The position numbers and the translations under genes were made by a program. The notes beneath the pieces were generated by a model, which was given only the letters and a program-made list of their open reading frames with translations, searched no databases and had not been told where the DNA came from. Shown here piece after piece: positions 31,190 through 41,074 of a DNA stretch of 64,000 nt; positions within the stretch are counted from its first letter, which is position 1, and every line of letters starts with the position of its first letter. The stretch comes from an uncultured Methylomirabilota bacterium (lineage in GTDB: Bacteria; Methylomirabilota; Methylomirabilia; Methylomirabilales; 2-02-FULL-66-22). Location: NCBI GenBank assembly GCA_963705305.1, contig OY970067.1:2464001-2528000 (forward strand), written 5' to 3'.

Positions 31190-31693
31190 CTACGCGCCGT
31201 GTGGCGAAGACGGCCGCCGCGGGAGCCAGCGGTTGACGCGGCGCGCGTAGCTCTCGTAGGCGGGGCCGAATTGGCGGCGCAGCCGGGGCTCCTCGTACAG
31301 TGTCACGAACAGGTGCACGAGACTCCAGGCGGCGGCGGCGAGGAGCAGGATGGCGGGAGACCGCAGCCACAGACCGCCGCCGGCCAGGAGGGTGAGGCCG
31401 CCGACGTACATGGGATTGCGCGTCCAGCGGTAGGGCCCTTCCGTGACGAACGCGCGGGGGGGATCGAAGGGCGCGGGCGTTCCATGACCGCGCGCCACGA
31501 AGAGGCAGCCGCACCAGAGCGCCAGCGCGCCGCCCGCCAATGCCACGACGGCGCCGACGGGTTGGAGCCAAGCGGGCAGCGGCCCCCCCAACCGCGGGTC
31601 CCAGCCGCGCACCGCGAGGGCGAGCCAGCCCCACAGGAGCGCAAAGCAGCCCATGTACAAGGCAGCCCGGAGGGCCAAGCGCAGCCCGGTCAT
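31190..31693 (-). CDS. Isoprenylcysteine carboxylmethyltransferase/PEMT family membrane protein
   Basis: GTPAPFDPP, GPYRWTRNPMY, EEPRLRRQFG. Confidence 0.92.
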   Translation of the reverse strand: MTGLRLALRAALYMGCFALLWGWLALAVRGWDPRLGGPLPAWLQPVGAVVALAGGALALWCGCLFVARGHGTPAPFDPPRAFVTEGPYRWTRNPMYVGGLTLLAGGGLWLRSPAILLLAAAAWSLVHLFVTLYEEPRLRRQFGPAYESYARRVNRWLPRRPSSPHGA

Positions 31694-32124
31694 CTTTCAT
31701 CCTGCCAGGGCAACTCCTGGTCGAGGAGCTCGGTGCGCTTGAGGACTGAGTCACCCATGAAGTTGAAGTGCGCAAGTGTCGTGCCCGGGAACGCGAACGA
31801 GGACTTCAGCTCTGCTCCGCGCCCGAACGTGCAGTTGTCAGCGATCCAGTTGCCGCCGCGAAGATAGGCGCCCGCCGCGACGAAGCAGCTGGCGCCAAGG
31901 ATGAGCGCCCCCTTGATGACCGCCCCGGGTTCCACGACGGCCGTGCGATGGATCGCGATTTCATCCGAGATGCCAAACTCCGCCGTGGGCGCGGATGCGA
32001 GCAGCTCTCTCACGACAAAGGCGGATTGTGCCGCCAGCGCCCACGGCGTCAGTGCAGCGAACTTCGCGAGCGATGACGCCGCGAAGCCCGACACATGGCT
32101 TGTGACCGTTACTTGTGGGTGCAT
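31690..32124 (-). pseudogene. Truncated hexapeptide-repeat (LpxA/GlmU-like) transferase, integron cassette remnant
   Basis: Left-handed beta-helix repeats, AYLRGG, LAHFNFMGDSVL then abrupt loss of similarity; starts 14 nt after an attC. Confidence 0.7.
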
Positions 32125-32137
32125 ACGTTGACTTGGG

Positions 32138-32195
32138 GGCTAACGATCCGAATCAGCGGCGGCCGCAGGCTGGCCGCTGGACTCGGAGGTTAGCC
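32138..32195 (-). mobile_element. Integron attC site
   Basis: GGCTAAC-CTCCG-AGTCCAGC...GCTGATT-CGGATC-GTTAGCC; extrahelical C in L''; mazF stop lies inside R''. Confidence 0.85.
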
Positions 32196-32528
32196 GCCGA
32201 TGATTTCATTCAGCCCTTCGATGACCTGGTCGATCGCTTCTGGTGGCACGCGGGCCATTCGCTTTCCGAGACGTTCCACAGACAGCGTACGAATCTGACT
32301 GATCTTGATACATGACCGTTTCGGCAAACCTGGAGTGCTCAACTCGAGTGTGAGGGGGAAGCCTGCCTTTTGCGGTTGGCTGGTCAGGGCCACGGCGATG
32401 ACAACACCCGATCTCTCGTTGAAGACATCTTGACTGAGCACCAGGACAGGTCGTTGCCCTGATTGCTCGTGCCCTCGGCTAGGGTCCAAGTTGGCCCAGT
32501 AAACCTCACCCCTCAGTATTCTGGCCAT
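32190..32528 (-). CDS. mazF: MazF/PemK toxin
   Basis: [31 protein letters not shown]. Confidence 0.93.
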   Translation of the reverse strand: MARILRGEVYWANLDPSRGHEQSGQRPVLVLSQDVFNERSGVVIAVALTSQPQKAGFPLTLELSTPGLPKRSCIKISQIRTLSVERLGKRMARVPPEAIDQVIEGLNEIIGG

Positions 32529-32755
32529 TCGCCCACGTCCTGTGAGATGCCTTCTTCGGCGAGGGCCTTCTCGTACTTCGGATCGAGCTTGGCGCATTCA
32601 CGGGCAAGACGACTCCGGTTGACTCTGGACAGTTTCTCTTGAACTGCCTCTTGGATTGCCTTGCTCCGATTGGGGAAGACTTTGGACGAAACAAGTTGAT
32701 CGAGCTTCCCCAAGAGCTCTTCTTCGATCGTGATTGCAATCTTCGCTGTGCCCAT
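32513..32755 (-). CDS. Ribbon-helix-helix (CopG) antitoxin
   Basis: [21 protein letters not shown]; overlaps the toxin start. Confidence 0.9.
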   Translation of the reverse strand: MGTAKIAITIEEELLGKLDQLVSSKVFPNRSKAIQEAVQEKLSRVNRSRLARECAKLDPKYEKALAEEGISQDVGEWPEY

Positions 32756-32769
32756 CGGGTTTCGCCTCC

Positions 32770-32805
32770 GGTATTACGATATATCATACCATTGGTCTTT
32801 TCAAG
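32770..32805 (-). promoter_or_regulatory. TA promoter and operator
   Basis: TTGAAA-17 nt-TATCGT on the minus strand; imperfect palindrome GGTAT...GATATATC-ATACC. Confidence 0.55.
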
Positions 32806-32818
32806 TCTCTTCTTCCGG

Positions 32819-33130
32819 CTAACAGGGATTATACAGTCTGTCCAAAGCTGCAGCGGGCCGCACGTAGATGTCCAGGTCCCCCGTGAACCGTGGAGCCTCG
32901 TGGAAGGCCAGCACATAGCCGTCCACGATCATGTACTCGACGCTATGCGCGCTGAATAACTCGAGCGGTTCTCTGAAGTCTGGCTGTACTTCCATGGTAT
33001 TGCCTTCGCAAGTAGTCCACGACGGCAACCCGTTCGGCTGAGGGCCGGCTCAGCCGGTAGGCAAGGTCTTCTCGCCGGGTGTCCGAGCCGAGACGCCGCT
33101 TGCGGATGACTTTCCGTATCGTGGCTGATC
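32819..33130 (-). pseudogene. Remnants of a small-protein/nucleotidyltransferase gene pair
   Basis: MEVQPDF...VEYMIVDGYVLAFHEAPRFTGDLDIYV (degenerate GG and DxD motifs), truncated; preceded by a DLAY.LSR...ER small ORF. Confidence 0.6.
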
Positions 33131-33178
33131 TCGGTCGAGCCTCAGATGGCCGGACACGTTGCGTTTCTCCGGAATACG

Positions 33179-33436
33179 TAGCAGGGTGCTGAAAAACCCG
33201 CTTTCCTCCAGGCTGCTCAAAAAGGTCCAGATGTCCCTCGACATCGCTCGGGACCGTGAGCCTGTCGAACGGCAAGGCGGCGTCACCCATCCCTTGGGAT
33301 GGATACCCGCCGCGGGGTACCCACCGGAGGTGGGTCGGAGGCGTACTGACGGGTACGTCGCAGCGTCGCGGGAACGCGCGGGGTACCCGTCCGCAAGATG
33401 GGTCCCCGCAGATGGGCCTTTTTCAGCAGCCTGCTA
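33179..33436. mobile_element. MITE-like element with 18-bp TIRs (TAGCAGGSTGCTGAAAAA)
   Basis: TIRs 17/18 complementary; internal AGGCTGCTCAAAAAGG repeat; homologous to 45031-45209. Confidence 0.8.
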
Positions 33437-34076
33437 CAGCTTCCGCAGGATGCCCACCACCTTGCCGAGGATCTGAAAGTTCTTCTCGCCCGGACGGATC
33501 TCGATGGGGGGCATGCTGGGGTGCTCCGGCTGAAGGACGATCATGCCGGGCTTGAACTGGATGCGCTTGACGGTCGCCTCGTCGTTCACCAGGGCCACCA
33601 CCACGTCCCCGTTCTCGGCGGTGGACTGGCGGCGCACTAGGGCGTGGTCGCCAGGGAGGATGTGGGCCCCGATCATGCTCTCGCCCTGGACCTTCAGGAT
33701 GAAGGCGTCGTCCCCATTCACCCAGTCGCGCGAGACCGCCAGGGTTCCCTCGATGTTCTGTTCGGACGTTCAGGGGGTCGCCGGCGGCCACCCGGCCCAG
33801 GATGGGCAGTTCACGGAACGGCGCGGAATCCTTCCGGGCCGGCGCTGCCGAGAGAGCCGCCGCCGGCTCGAGGAGCTGGAGAGAGCGCGACTTGGTGGCG
33901 GTGCGGCGAAGGTAGCCCTTGCGCTCCAGGGCCTTGAGGTGGTCGAAGACGCTGCGGGGCACGAAGCCGAAGTGTGCACCGATCTCGCGGACGGTGGGGG
34001 GATATCCCGCCTGAGTCATGAACCGGCGGATGAAATCCAGGATCTCGCGCTGTCGGGCCGTGAGCTGTGGTCGCAT
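33434..34076 (-). CDS. lexA: LexA repressor (one +1 frameshift at 33765-33771)
   Basis: LTARQREIL, GYPPTVREIG, GRVAAG cleavage site, GESM, EATVKR; removing one base gives 213 aa. Confidence 0.93.
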
Positions 34077-34102
34077 CGTGCCTTCCTCGATCTCCGTGCT
34101 CT

Positions 34103-34130
34103 CTTACCATACGCATGTATGGTAAGTCAA
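34103..34130 (-). promoter_or_regulatory. Candidate LexA operator inside the lexA promoter
   Basis: Perfect CTTACCATAC-GCAT-GTATGGTAAG spanning the spacer between TTGACT and TAAGAG. Confidence 0.7.
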
Positions 34131-34237
34131 GGACAATGTGGGGGGCGGCCGGGAGATCCCGGGCGCTGGCGGTCCGGACACCGACAGCGGGGGAGGAGCA
34201 GAAAGGCCGTCGTAGTGGGCCGGCAGTTCGAATTAGG

Positions 34238-34289
34238 ATTGAAACGTTTCAATTTTCTCTTGACATGGCCGGGCGGCACGCCCTATGTT
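34238..34289 (+). promoter_or_regulatory. LacI-type operator and promoter
   Basis: Perfect ATTGAAACGTTTCAAT with central CG; TTGACA (34260) - 18 nt - TATGTT. Confidence 0.8.
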
Positions 34290-34412
34290 CTCGCCGTCTC
34301 GCTGGACGTTCGGGGACAATCGCGCCGCCGCGCGGCCCCGTCCCGCACGCCCGAGGCGGCGTCGTGAACGTCCGGTTTCCCTGAATCCTCTCCAACCGCC
34401 GGGAGCTTCCCG

Positions 34413-35495
34413 ATGGTGACGATCAAGGACGTGGCGCGCACCGCCGGCGTTTCCCTGGGGACGGCGTCGCAGGCCTTGCGCGGCAGTGCCAGCGTGCGGG
34501 AGGCGACCCGCCGCCGCGTGCTGGCCGCCGCCGCCCGCCTGCGCTACCGGCCCAGCGCCCTGGCCCGCGGGCTGGTCACCCATCGCACCCACACCATCGG
34601 CCTCCTCATCTCCGACATCGGCAACCCCTTCTTCATCCGGGCGGTCCGGGCGGTGGAAGACGTGGCCAACGAAAACGGCTACAACATCATCCTGTGCAAC
34701 ACCGACGAGGATCCCCGCAAGGAGATGCAGTACCTCGGGGTGCTGGTGGAGAAGCGTGTGGACGGCATCATCCTGGCCACCACGGCGGAGAGCCGCCAGG
34801 TGGTACGGGACGTGCGCCGAGAGCGCATCCCGCTGGTGCTGTTCGATCGCGCCTGGCCCGGGATCGCAGCGGATACTGTCACGGTGGACGGGATGCTGGG
34901 CGGGCGCCTGGCCACGGAGCACCTGCTAGGCCTCGGCCACCGCCGCATTGCCATCATTCACGGCCCCAGCAAGCGATCCACCGGCAGCGAGCGGCTGCTG
35001 GGCTACCTGGCGGCCCTGGCGGATGCGGGAATCCGCGCGGCAACCGAGCTGATCCGTGAAGGGGACTTCAAGCAGGACAGCGGTCACCGGCTGGCGCACG
35101 AACTGTTAGGGATCGCCCCGCGCCCCACGGCGCTGTTCTGCACCAACAATCTCATGACGGTCGGGGCGCTGCATGCCTTGCGCGAGCTGGGGCTCCGGAT
35201 CCCGCGGGACCTCTCCCTGGTGGGCTACGACGATATGGAGTGGTGGACGCTGACCCAGCCTCCCCTCACCACGGTGGGGCAGCCGGTCTACGCGCTGGGC
35301 CGCGAGGCCATGCGCCTGCTCTTGGAGCGGATCGGCTCGCGGACGGGCCGCCGGCCACGCCATGTCGTGCTGAAGCCGGAGCTGATCGCACGGGAGTCCT
35401 GCGGGCCCCCGCCACAGGCCCGGGAGGGCCCCGGTCCGAGCTCGAGACGGAAGGCGGGCCGTGTCGGAGGAATCGGGAAGGAAAGGGTACCGTGA
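34413..35495 (+). CDS. LacI family transcriptional regulator
   Basis: TIKDVARTAGVSLGTASQAL, SLVGYDD, PLTTV. Confidence 0.96.
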   Translation: MVTIKDVARTAGVSLGTASQALRGSASVREATRRRVLAAAARLRYRPSALARGLVTHRTHTIGLLISDIGNPFFIRAVRAVEDVANENGYNIILCNTDEDPRKEMQYLGVLVEKRVDGIILATTAESRQVVRDVRRERIPLVLFDRAWPGIAADTVTVDGMLGGRLATEHLLGLGHRRIAIIHGPSKRSTGSERLLGYLAALADAGIRAATELIREGDFKQDSGHRLAHELLGIAPRPTALFCTNNLMTVGALHALRELGLRIPRDLSLVGYDDMEWWTLTQPPLTTVGQPVYALGREAMRLLLERIGSRTGRRPRHVVLKPELIARESCGPPPQAREGPGPSSRRKAGRVGGIGKERVP

Positions 35496-35677
35496 CAGAC
35501 CTCCCGTCGCGGCCCCCGCCGGCCGGAGAAACTCCGCCGGAGGCGATCAGCGGGGGGGCGCTGTCGGTTGGAGTGTCGACCCGGGTGCGAACAGGGGGAC
35601 GTGGAGTGCGCTGAGGCGGACAGGCGCTCCTGGGGTGGGGGAGACATGGAAGGCAAAGGAACAAGGAGGAGGTCGTC

Positions 35678-36656
35678 ATGAAGACCTGGCTGAGTGCGTT
35701 GGCGGGCATCGGTGTGATGTGCCTTTTCTCGGCGACGGTCGACGCGGCCACCGTCCTCCGGTGGGGCGACGTCCAAGCGCAGGATCACGTGGCATACAGG
35801 ATGATCGAGCGGGCCGCCAAGAAGGTCGGCGAGGCCACCCAAGGGCGAGTGCAGATCCAGGGCTATCCGAACAGCCAGCTCGGCAGCTCCAAGGACATGA
35901 TCGAGGCGGTGTCGCTGGGGACCCAGGACATGGTGACCGAAGGGGCGGCGAATATCGGCCAGTTCGTGTCGGCGATCTCAGTCCTCGAGGCGCCGTACGT
36001 CTGGCGGGACGCGGCGCATCTCGCCAAGGTCATGGCCGGTCCCATCGGGCAGGAGCTCAACACGCTTCTCATCCAACAGCGCGGCATGCGGATCGTCGGC
36101 ACGACCTACTACGGGGTACGGCAGCTTACCACCACCAACAAGCCCGTCCGGACCGCGGCCGACATGAAGGATTTCAAGCTGCGGGTTCCCGAGAACGACG
36201 TCTTTCTGGCCATGGCCCGGGCCTGGGGAGCCAAGCCGACCCCGATGACGTTCGGCGAGCTGTACCTGGCGCTGCGGCAGAACGTGGTGGACGGCCAGGA
36301 GAATCCGCTCCCCACCATCGAGTCAGGCAAATTCTTCGAGGTACAGAAGTACCTGGTGCTCACCAGCCATATCCTGACTCCGCGATTGGTGCTGGTCAAC
36401 GAGAAGGTCTGGCAGAGCATCTCGGCCGCCGATCGGCAGATCGTCAGCAGCGCCGTGGCCGAGGCGATTGCCTGGAACAACCAGGAAACCCTCGAGGCCG
36501 AGCGGGTGCTGGTGGACAAATTCAAGAAGGCGGGGATGGAGGTAATCCAGCCGGACGTTCGAATCGTTCCGGAAACCCGTGCTCGACACTCTCCCCAAGA
36601 TGTTCGAGGCGAAGTGGGGGAAGGGCCTCTACGAGCGGATCGTGGAGACAAAATAA
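35678..36656 (+). CDS. dctP: TRAP transporter substrate-binding protein DctP (+1 frameshift at 36554-36560)
   Basis: YPNSQLG, KLRVP, GELYLAL, VVDGQENP; corrected end PDVESFRK...ETK* abuts dctQ. Confidence 0.9.
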
Positions 36657-37190
36657 ATGACAGGGGCGAGTGCGGCACATCCGGCTCACGGGGCGGCAGC
36701 CGCGCCATTGGCGCGGCTGACCGCCGCCCTGGATCGATGCACCTGCTGGATCTGCGTCGCTCTGCTGGCGGCGATCTTCGTGATCATGATCCTGCAGGTG
36801 ACGTGTCGGTACGTGCTGGGGTCCCCATTGGTCTGGAGCGAGGAGGCCTCCCGATACCTCTATATCTGGGTGTGCTATCTGGGGGCGCCGATCGCCTTGC
36901 GTCGGGGAAACCACATTGCGATCACGCTGCTGGCGGACCAGCTGCCCGCACGACTCGCGCGCATGATCGCCGTCACCTGGCAGATTGTCGCCTTCCTGTT
37001 TCTCATCGAGCTGGGAATCCAGGGGGCGATCCTCGCGGTGCGCTCGCACAGCCTGATTGCCATCACCATTCCGATCCCCTGGTCCCTCATCTACATGGCG
37101 GTGCCCATTTCGGCCGTCCTGATGATGCTGGAAACCGCTGAGGCCATCTGGATCCCGCGTGGGGGCCCGCTGAAGGAGATGCAACTATGA
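36657..37190 (+). CDS. dctQ: TRAP small permease
   Basis: QVTCRY, WSEEASRY, HIAIT. Confidence 0.92.
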   Translation: MTGASAAHPAHGAAAAPLARLTAALDRCTCWICVALLAAIFVIMILQVTCRYVLGSPLVWSEEASRYLYIWVCYLGAPIALRRGNHIAITLLADQLPARLARMIAVTWQIVAFLFLIELGIQGAILAVRSHSLIAITIPIPWSLIYMAVPISAVLMMLETAEAIWIPRGGPLKEMQL

Positions 37191-38464
37191 TCGGCGGCCC
37201 CCTCATCTGGATGTGGCTTCCCCTCATGCTGGTGGGGATGCCGATCTTCCTGGCCATCGGCACGGCCTGCACGGTGTACCTGATGGTCCACGGGGAAGTT
37301 CTCCTCTCGATTCCCCAGCGGCTGACGGCCTCCGCCAATTCGTTCCCGCTGCTGGCGGCGCCGTTCTTCATGTTGACCGGCATGGCGATGAACACCGCCG
37401 GCATCACCCGCCGCATCTTCGATTTTGCCGAATGTCTGGTCGGACGGTTCCGCGGGGGTCTGGCGCACGTCTGCATCGTGGCCAGCATGATCTTCGCCGG
37501 GATGTGCGGGTCGGCAGTCGCGGAGGCTGCGGGCCTCGGGACGATAGAGATCCAAGCCATGGCCGAGGCCGGATATCCCCGACCCTTCGCCGCCGGCATC
37601 ACGGCGGCCGCCGCAACGATTGGTCCCATCATCCCGCCCAGCGTCCCCCTCTTGATCTATGGGGTCATCGCGGAGGCCTCCATCGGCCGGCTTTTCCTTG
37701 GGGGGGTGATCCCGGGACTCCTGATGGGCGGCTCCCTCATGATCATGGTGGTATGGATGGCCAAGCGCCGGGGCTTCGGCTTGCGGCCCGCCCCCACCTT
37801 CCGCACCGTCATGACGAAGACCCGGAGAGCCCTCCTGTCCCTCATGACGCCGGCCATCCTGTTCGGGGGGATGTTCGGCGGGATGTTTACGCCCACCGAG
37901 GCAGCATTCGCCGCCGCCCTGTATGGGATCCTTCTGGGGATGGTCATCTACAGGGAGATCCGCTGGCGAGACCTGCCCCGCCTCTTCCTGGACACGGTGG
38001 AGACCAACGGCGTGGTCCTCGTGCTGGTCATGACGGCCTCGCTGTTCGGGTGGGTGATGGCCCGCGCCCAGGTGAACCAGCAGCTGGGGGCCCTGCTGCT
38101 GGGGACGACCAAGAACCCCCTCGCCCTCCTCATGATCATCAACGTATTTCTCCTGATCGTGGGGTGTTTCATGGAGACCCTGGCGGCCATGGTCATCCTG
38201 GTCCCGGTGCTCCTGCCGGTGGTCACGGCGGTGGGGGTCGACCCGGTCCACTTCGGGGTCGTGATGGTCCTGAATCTGATCATCGGCACGTTGACCCCGC
38301 CCATCGGGATCGTCCTGTTCGTCATGGCGCGCGTGGCCAACCTCTCCTTCGAGGAAGTAACCCGGGCCACGGCCCCGTTCCTGATTCCCCTGATTACCGT
38401 TCTGATCCTGATCACGATTTTCCCGGAACTGGTGCTCTACCTGCCGCGACTCATTCTGGGTTGA
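37187..38464 (+). CDS. dctM: TRAP large permease
   Basis: GSAVAEAA, IIPPS, TPTEA, DPVHFG, LTPPIG. Confidence 0.95.
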   Translation: MIGGPLIWMWLPLMLVGMPIFLAIGTACTVYLMVHGEVLLSIPQRLTASANSFPLLAAPFFMLTGMAMNTAGITRRIFDFAECLVGRFRGGLAHVCIVASMIFAGMCGSAVAEAAGLGTIEIQAMAEAGYPRPFAAGITAAAATIGPIIPPSVPLLIYGVIAEASIGRLFLGGVIPGLLMGGSLMIMVVWMAKRRGFGLRPAPTFRTVMTKTRRALLSLMTPAILFGGMFGGMFTPTEAAFAAALYGILLGMVIYREIRWRDLPRLFLDTVETNGVVLVLVMTASLFGWVMARAQVNQQLGALLLGTTKNPLALLMIINVFLLIVGCFMETLAAMVILVPVLLPVVTAVGVDPVHFGVVMVLNLIIGTLTPPIGIVLFVMARVANLSFEEVTRATAPFLIPLITVLILITIFPELVLYLPRLILG

Positions 38465-38675
38465 TCGAGAGGAGGCCGCATCCGGATCTTGACGCCGCCA
38501 CTGGCCCGGGAGGGCGTCGTCGTGAGGCCCGAATCCGCCCCGGATGCGGCGGCCGGGCAGAGGGGCCCGGAAGGGTCCGGACCGGCACGATGGGCTTGAC
38601 AGCCGGGATTGGACTGGATAGGGTGTCAATGAAGCATTGGTCACCGTGGCCTATTCACACAGGGAGGACGCCGTC

Positions 38676-40031
38676 ATGAAGGCACGCAGAGGAAAGGGAG
38701 GCGGTTCGAACGGGATCACCCGGCGAGACGTGCTTCGGCTGGGTGCCACGGCCGCGGCCGGGGTTGCCTTCGGTCCGTTCGTGAGCACTCCGGCCCGCGC
38801 CCAGAGCTTCAACTGGCAGCGGTACAAGGGGAAGGAGCTGTTCCTGCTGCTCTACAAGCATCCCTGGGTGGACGAGATGGTGACCCACCTCCCGGAATTC
38901 GAGTCGCTCACGGGCATCAAGGTCCGCTACGAGGTGCTTCCCGAGGTCCAGGGCCGCCAGAAGTTCGTCGTGGAGATGACGGCGGGGACCGGCGGAATCG
39001 ATGCCTGGCATGCCAGCATGCATGTGGAGAAGCGGCGGGCCTGGAAGTTCGGCTGGTTCCAGCCGCTGAATAAGTTCCTCGATGACAAGACCCTCACGGC
39101 ACCGGACTTCGATTGGAACGACTTTACCAAGGGATCGCATCAGGATGTGACCCAGCCGGATAAGACCAGCAGCGCGATTCCGACCTTCGTGGATGTCTTC
39201 ACCCTTTTCTACCGCAAGGACCTCTTCCAGCAGAAGGGGATCCAGGTTCCCAAGACCATGGCCGACCTGGAAGCGGCCGCCAAAAAACTGCACGATCCCC
39301 CCAGGATGTACGGGTTTGTGTCCCGCGGGCTGAAGAACGCCAACGCCACACCATGGGGATGGGTCGTGTATTCTTTCGGTGGGGAATACACTACCGCGGA
39401 TGGCAAGTCGGCCATCAATACCCCTGCCTGGATCAAGTCCATGGACTGGTACGCGGGGATGCTCCGGAACTACGGGCCTCCCGGAGTGGTGAACTTCAAC
39501 TGGTACGAGTGCAGCTCGGCCTTCATGCAGGACCAGGCGGCCATCTACTTTGATGGGGTGAACTTCGCCAATCAGTTCGAGGATCCCAGCAAGTCCAAGG
39601 TCGCCGGGAAGGTGGGCTACGCGGTGCTGCCGGCGGGGCCGGCCGCCCACGTGGCGCCGACCTACACCAACGCCATGGCGATCAGCGCGCAGAGCCACAA
39701 CAAGGAGGCCGCCTGGTTCTTCGTCCAGTGGGCGGTCAACAAGGAGAATTGCAAGCGCGAGCTCCTGTCGGGCGTCGGGGTCGCCCGCATGTCCACCTGG
39801 AACGAGCCGGAGGTGCTGGCCAAGCCCAAGATGCCGCGGGATTGGTACACGGCCTACCTGGACAGCCTGAAGATCGGCCGGGCGGGCCTGCCCGAGATCA
39901 TGGATGTGACGCAGTACCGGGACATCATCGGCGTCGCCATCCAGCGGGCGATCGAGGGGGCAAAATCGGCGGACCTCATCCCTCAGGTCGACAAGGATTT
40001 CCAGGACCTCTTAAACAAGACGGAGAAGTAA
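38676..40031 (+). CDS. Sugar ABC transporter substrate-binding protein (Tat signal)
   Basis: TRRDVL twin-arginine signal, YRKDLF, SKVAGKVGY; promoter TTGACA-17-TAGGGT at 38596-38624. Confidence 0.92.
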   Translation: MKARRGKGGGSNGITRRDVLRLGATAAAGVAFGPFVSTPARAQSFNWQRYKGKELFLLLYKHPWVDEMVTHLPEFESLTGIKVRYEVLPEVQGRQKFVVEMTAGTGGIDAWHASMHVEKRRAWKFGWFQPLNKFLDDKTLTAPDFDWNDFTKGSHQDVTQPDKTSSAIPTFVDVFTLFYRKDLFQQKGIQVPKTMADLEAAAKKLHDPPRMYGFVSRGLKNANATPWGWVVYSFGGEYTTADGKSAINTPAWIKSMDWYAGMLRNYGPPGVVNFNWYECSSAFMQDQAAIYFDGVNFANQFEDPSKSKVAGKVGYAVLPAGPAAHVAPTYTNAMAISAQSHNKEAAWFFVQWAVNKENCKRELLSGVGVARMSTWNEPEVLAKPKMPRDWYTAYLDSLKIGRAGLPEIMDVTQYRDIIGVAIQRAIEGAKSADLIPQVDKDFQDLLNKTEK

Positions 40032-40134
40032 GGGTCGTCGAAGAAGCCGACGCGGTCTGGCCCCCGGGATGCCGCCGGGGGCCAGACGCGTTGGCCGCCG
40101 CCTCGTCACTGACGAAACCCCCGGACCCCGACTC

Positions 40135-41074
40135 ATGCCCAACCAGCCGACCGCCGTCCCGCTGTCCGCCGCCGCAGGGAGCCCCTCCTTCTGGGCGCGT
40201 CTCTCGCGGCTGATGCACCGGCACGCCCGCGTCATTTTCCCCGCGCCGGCCGTCCTCGTCGTGGCCATCATCATCGTGTATCCGGTATTCTATACAGGCT
40301 GGATGAGCCTCCAGCAGTGGGTGCTGGCCAGTATCGCCCCGCCCAAGTTCCTGGGGCTGGCCAACTACCAGGAGATCGCCCTGCGGGACGCGAGATTCCA
40401 CTGGGCCTTTCTCCGCACGCTCTACTTCACGCTGCTGGCGGTCACGGCGGAGACCGCCCTGGGGGTCGGGATGGCCCTGCTTTTCAACCGCGAGTTCTGG
40501 GGGCGGGGCCTCATGCGGACCCTGTCCATCCTGCCCATGGTGGCCACGCCCACCGCCATCGCCCTCATCTTCGTCATGATGTACCATCCCACCCTGGGCG
40601 TGGTGAACTATCTCCTGAGCCTCGTCGGGATCGGCCGCTTCATGGCCATCTACAGCAGCCGGACCTCCCTCTACGCCCTGGCGCTGGTGGACGTTCTGGG
40701 AGTGGACCCCCCTGATCATGCTGATCGCACTGGCGGGGCTGGCGGCGCTGCCGAAGGAGCCCTACGAGTCGGCCCGGATCGACGGCGCCTCGGCCCTTCA
40801 GTCCTTCTGGTACATCACCCTTCCTCTGCTCCGCCCGACCATCGTGGTGGCCGTGCTTTTCCGGGCCATCGATGCGCTGAAGACGTTCGACATCATCTTC
40901 GTGATGACCCAGGGGGGACCGGGGAACTCCTCCGAAACCATCAATATCCTGCTCTTTAACCAGGCCTTCTCCTACTTCAATATGGGGTACGCCTCGGCCA
41001 TCGCCGTGGCCCTGTTTGCCCTGGTCATGGGGGCGTCGGTCTTCCTGATGAAGGTGCGGAGGGTGGGGTGGTGA
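40135..41074 (+). CDS. Sugar ABC permease (+1 frameshift at 40690-40696)
   Basis: GLANY, corrected VDVWEWTP, YESARIDGAS EAA loop, MTQGGPG. Confidence 0.9.

Noticed and set aside
33765..33771. Programmed ribosomal frameshifting in lexA, dctP or the permease
   Set aside because: No slippery run; the same plus-strand lesion occurs in genes on both strands, which points to DNA-level or sequencing origin
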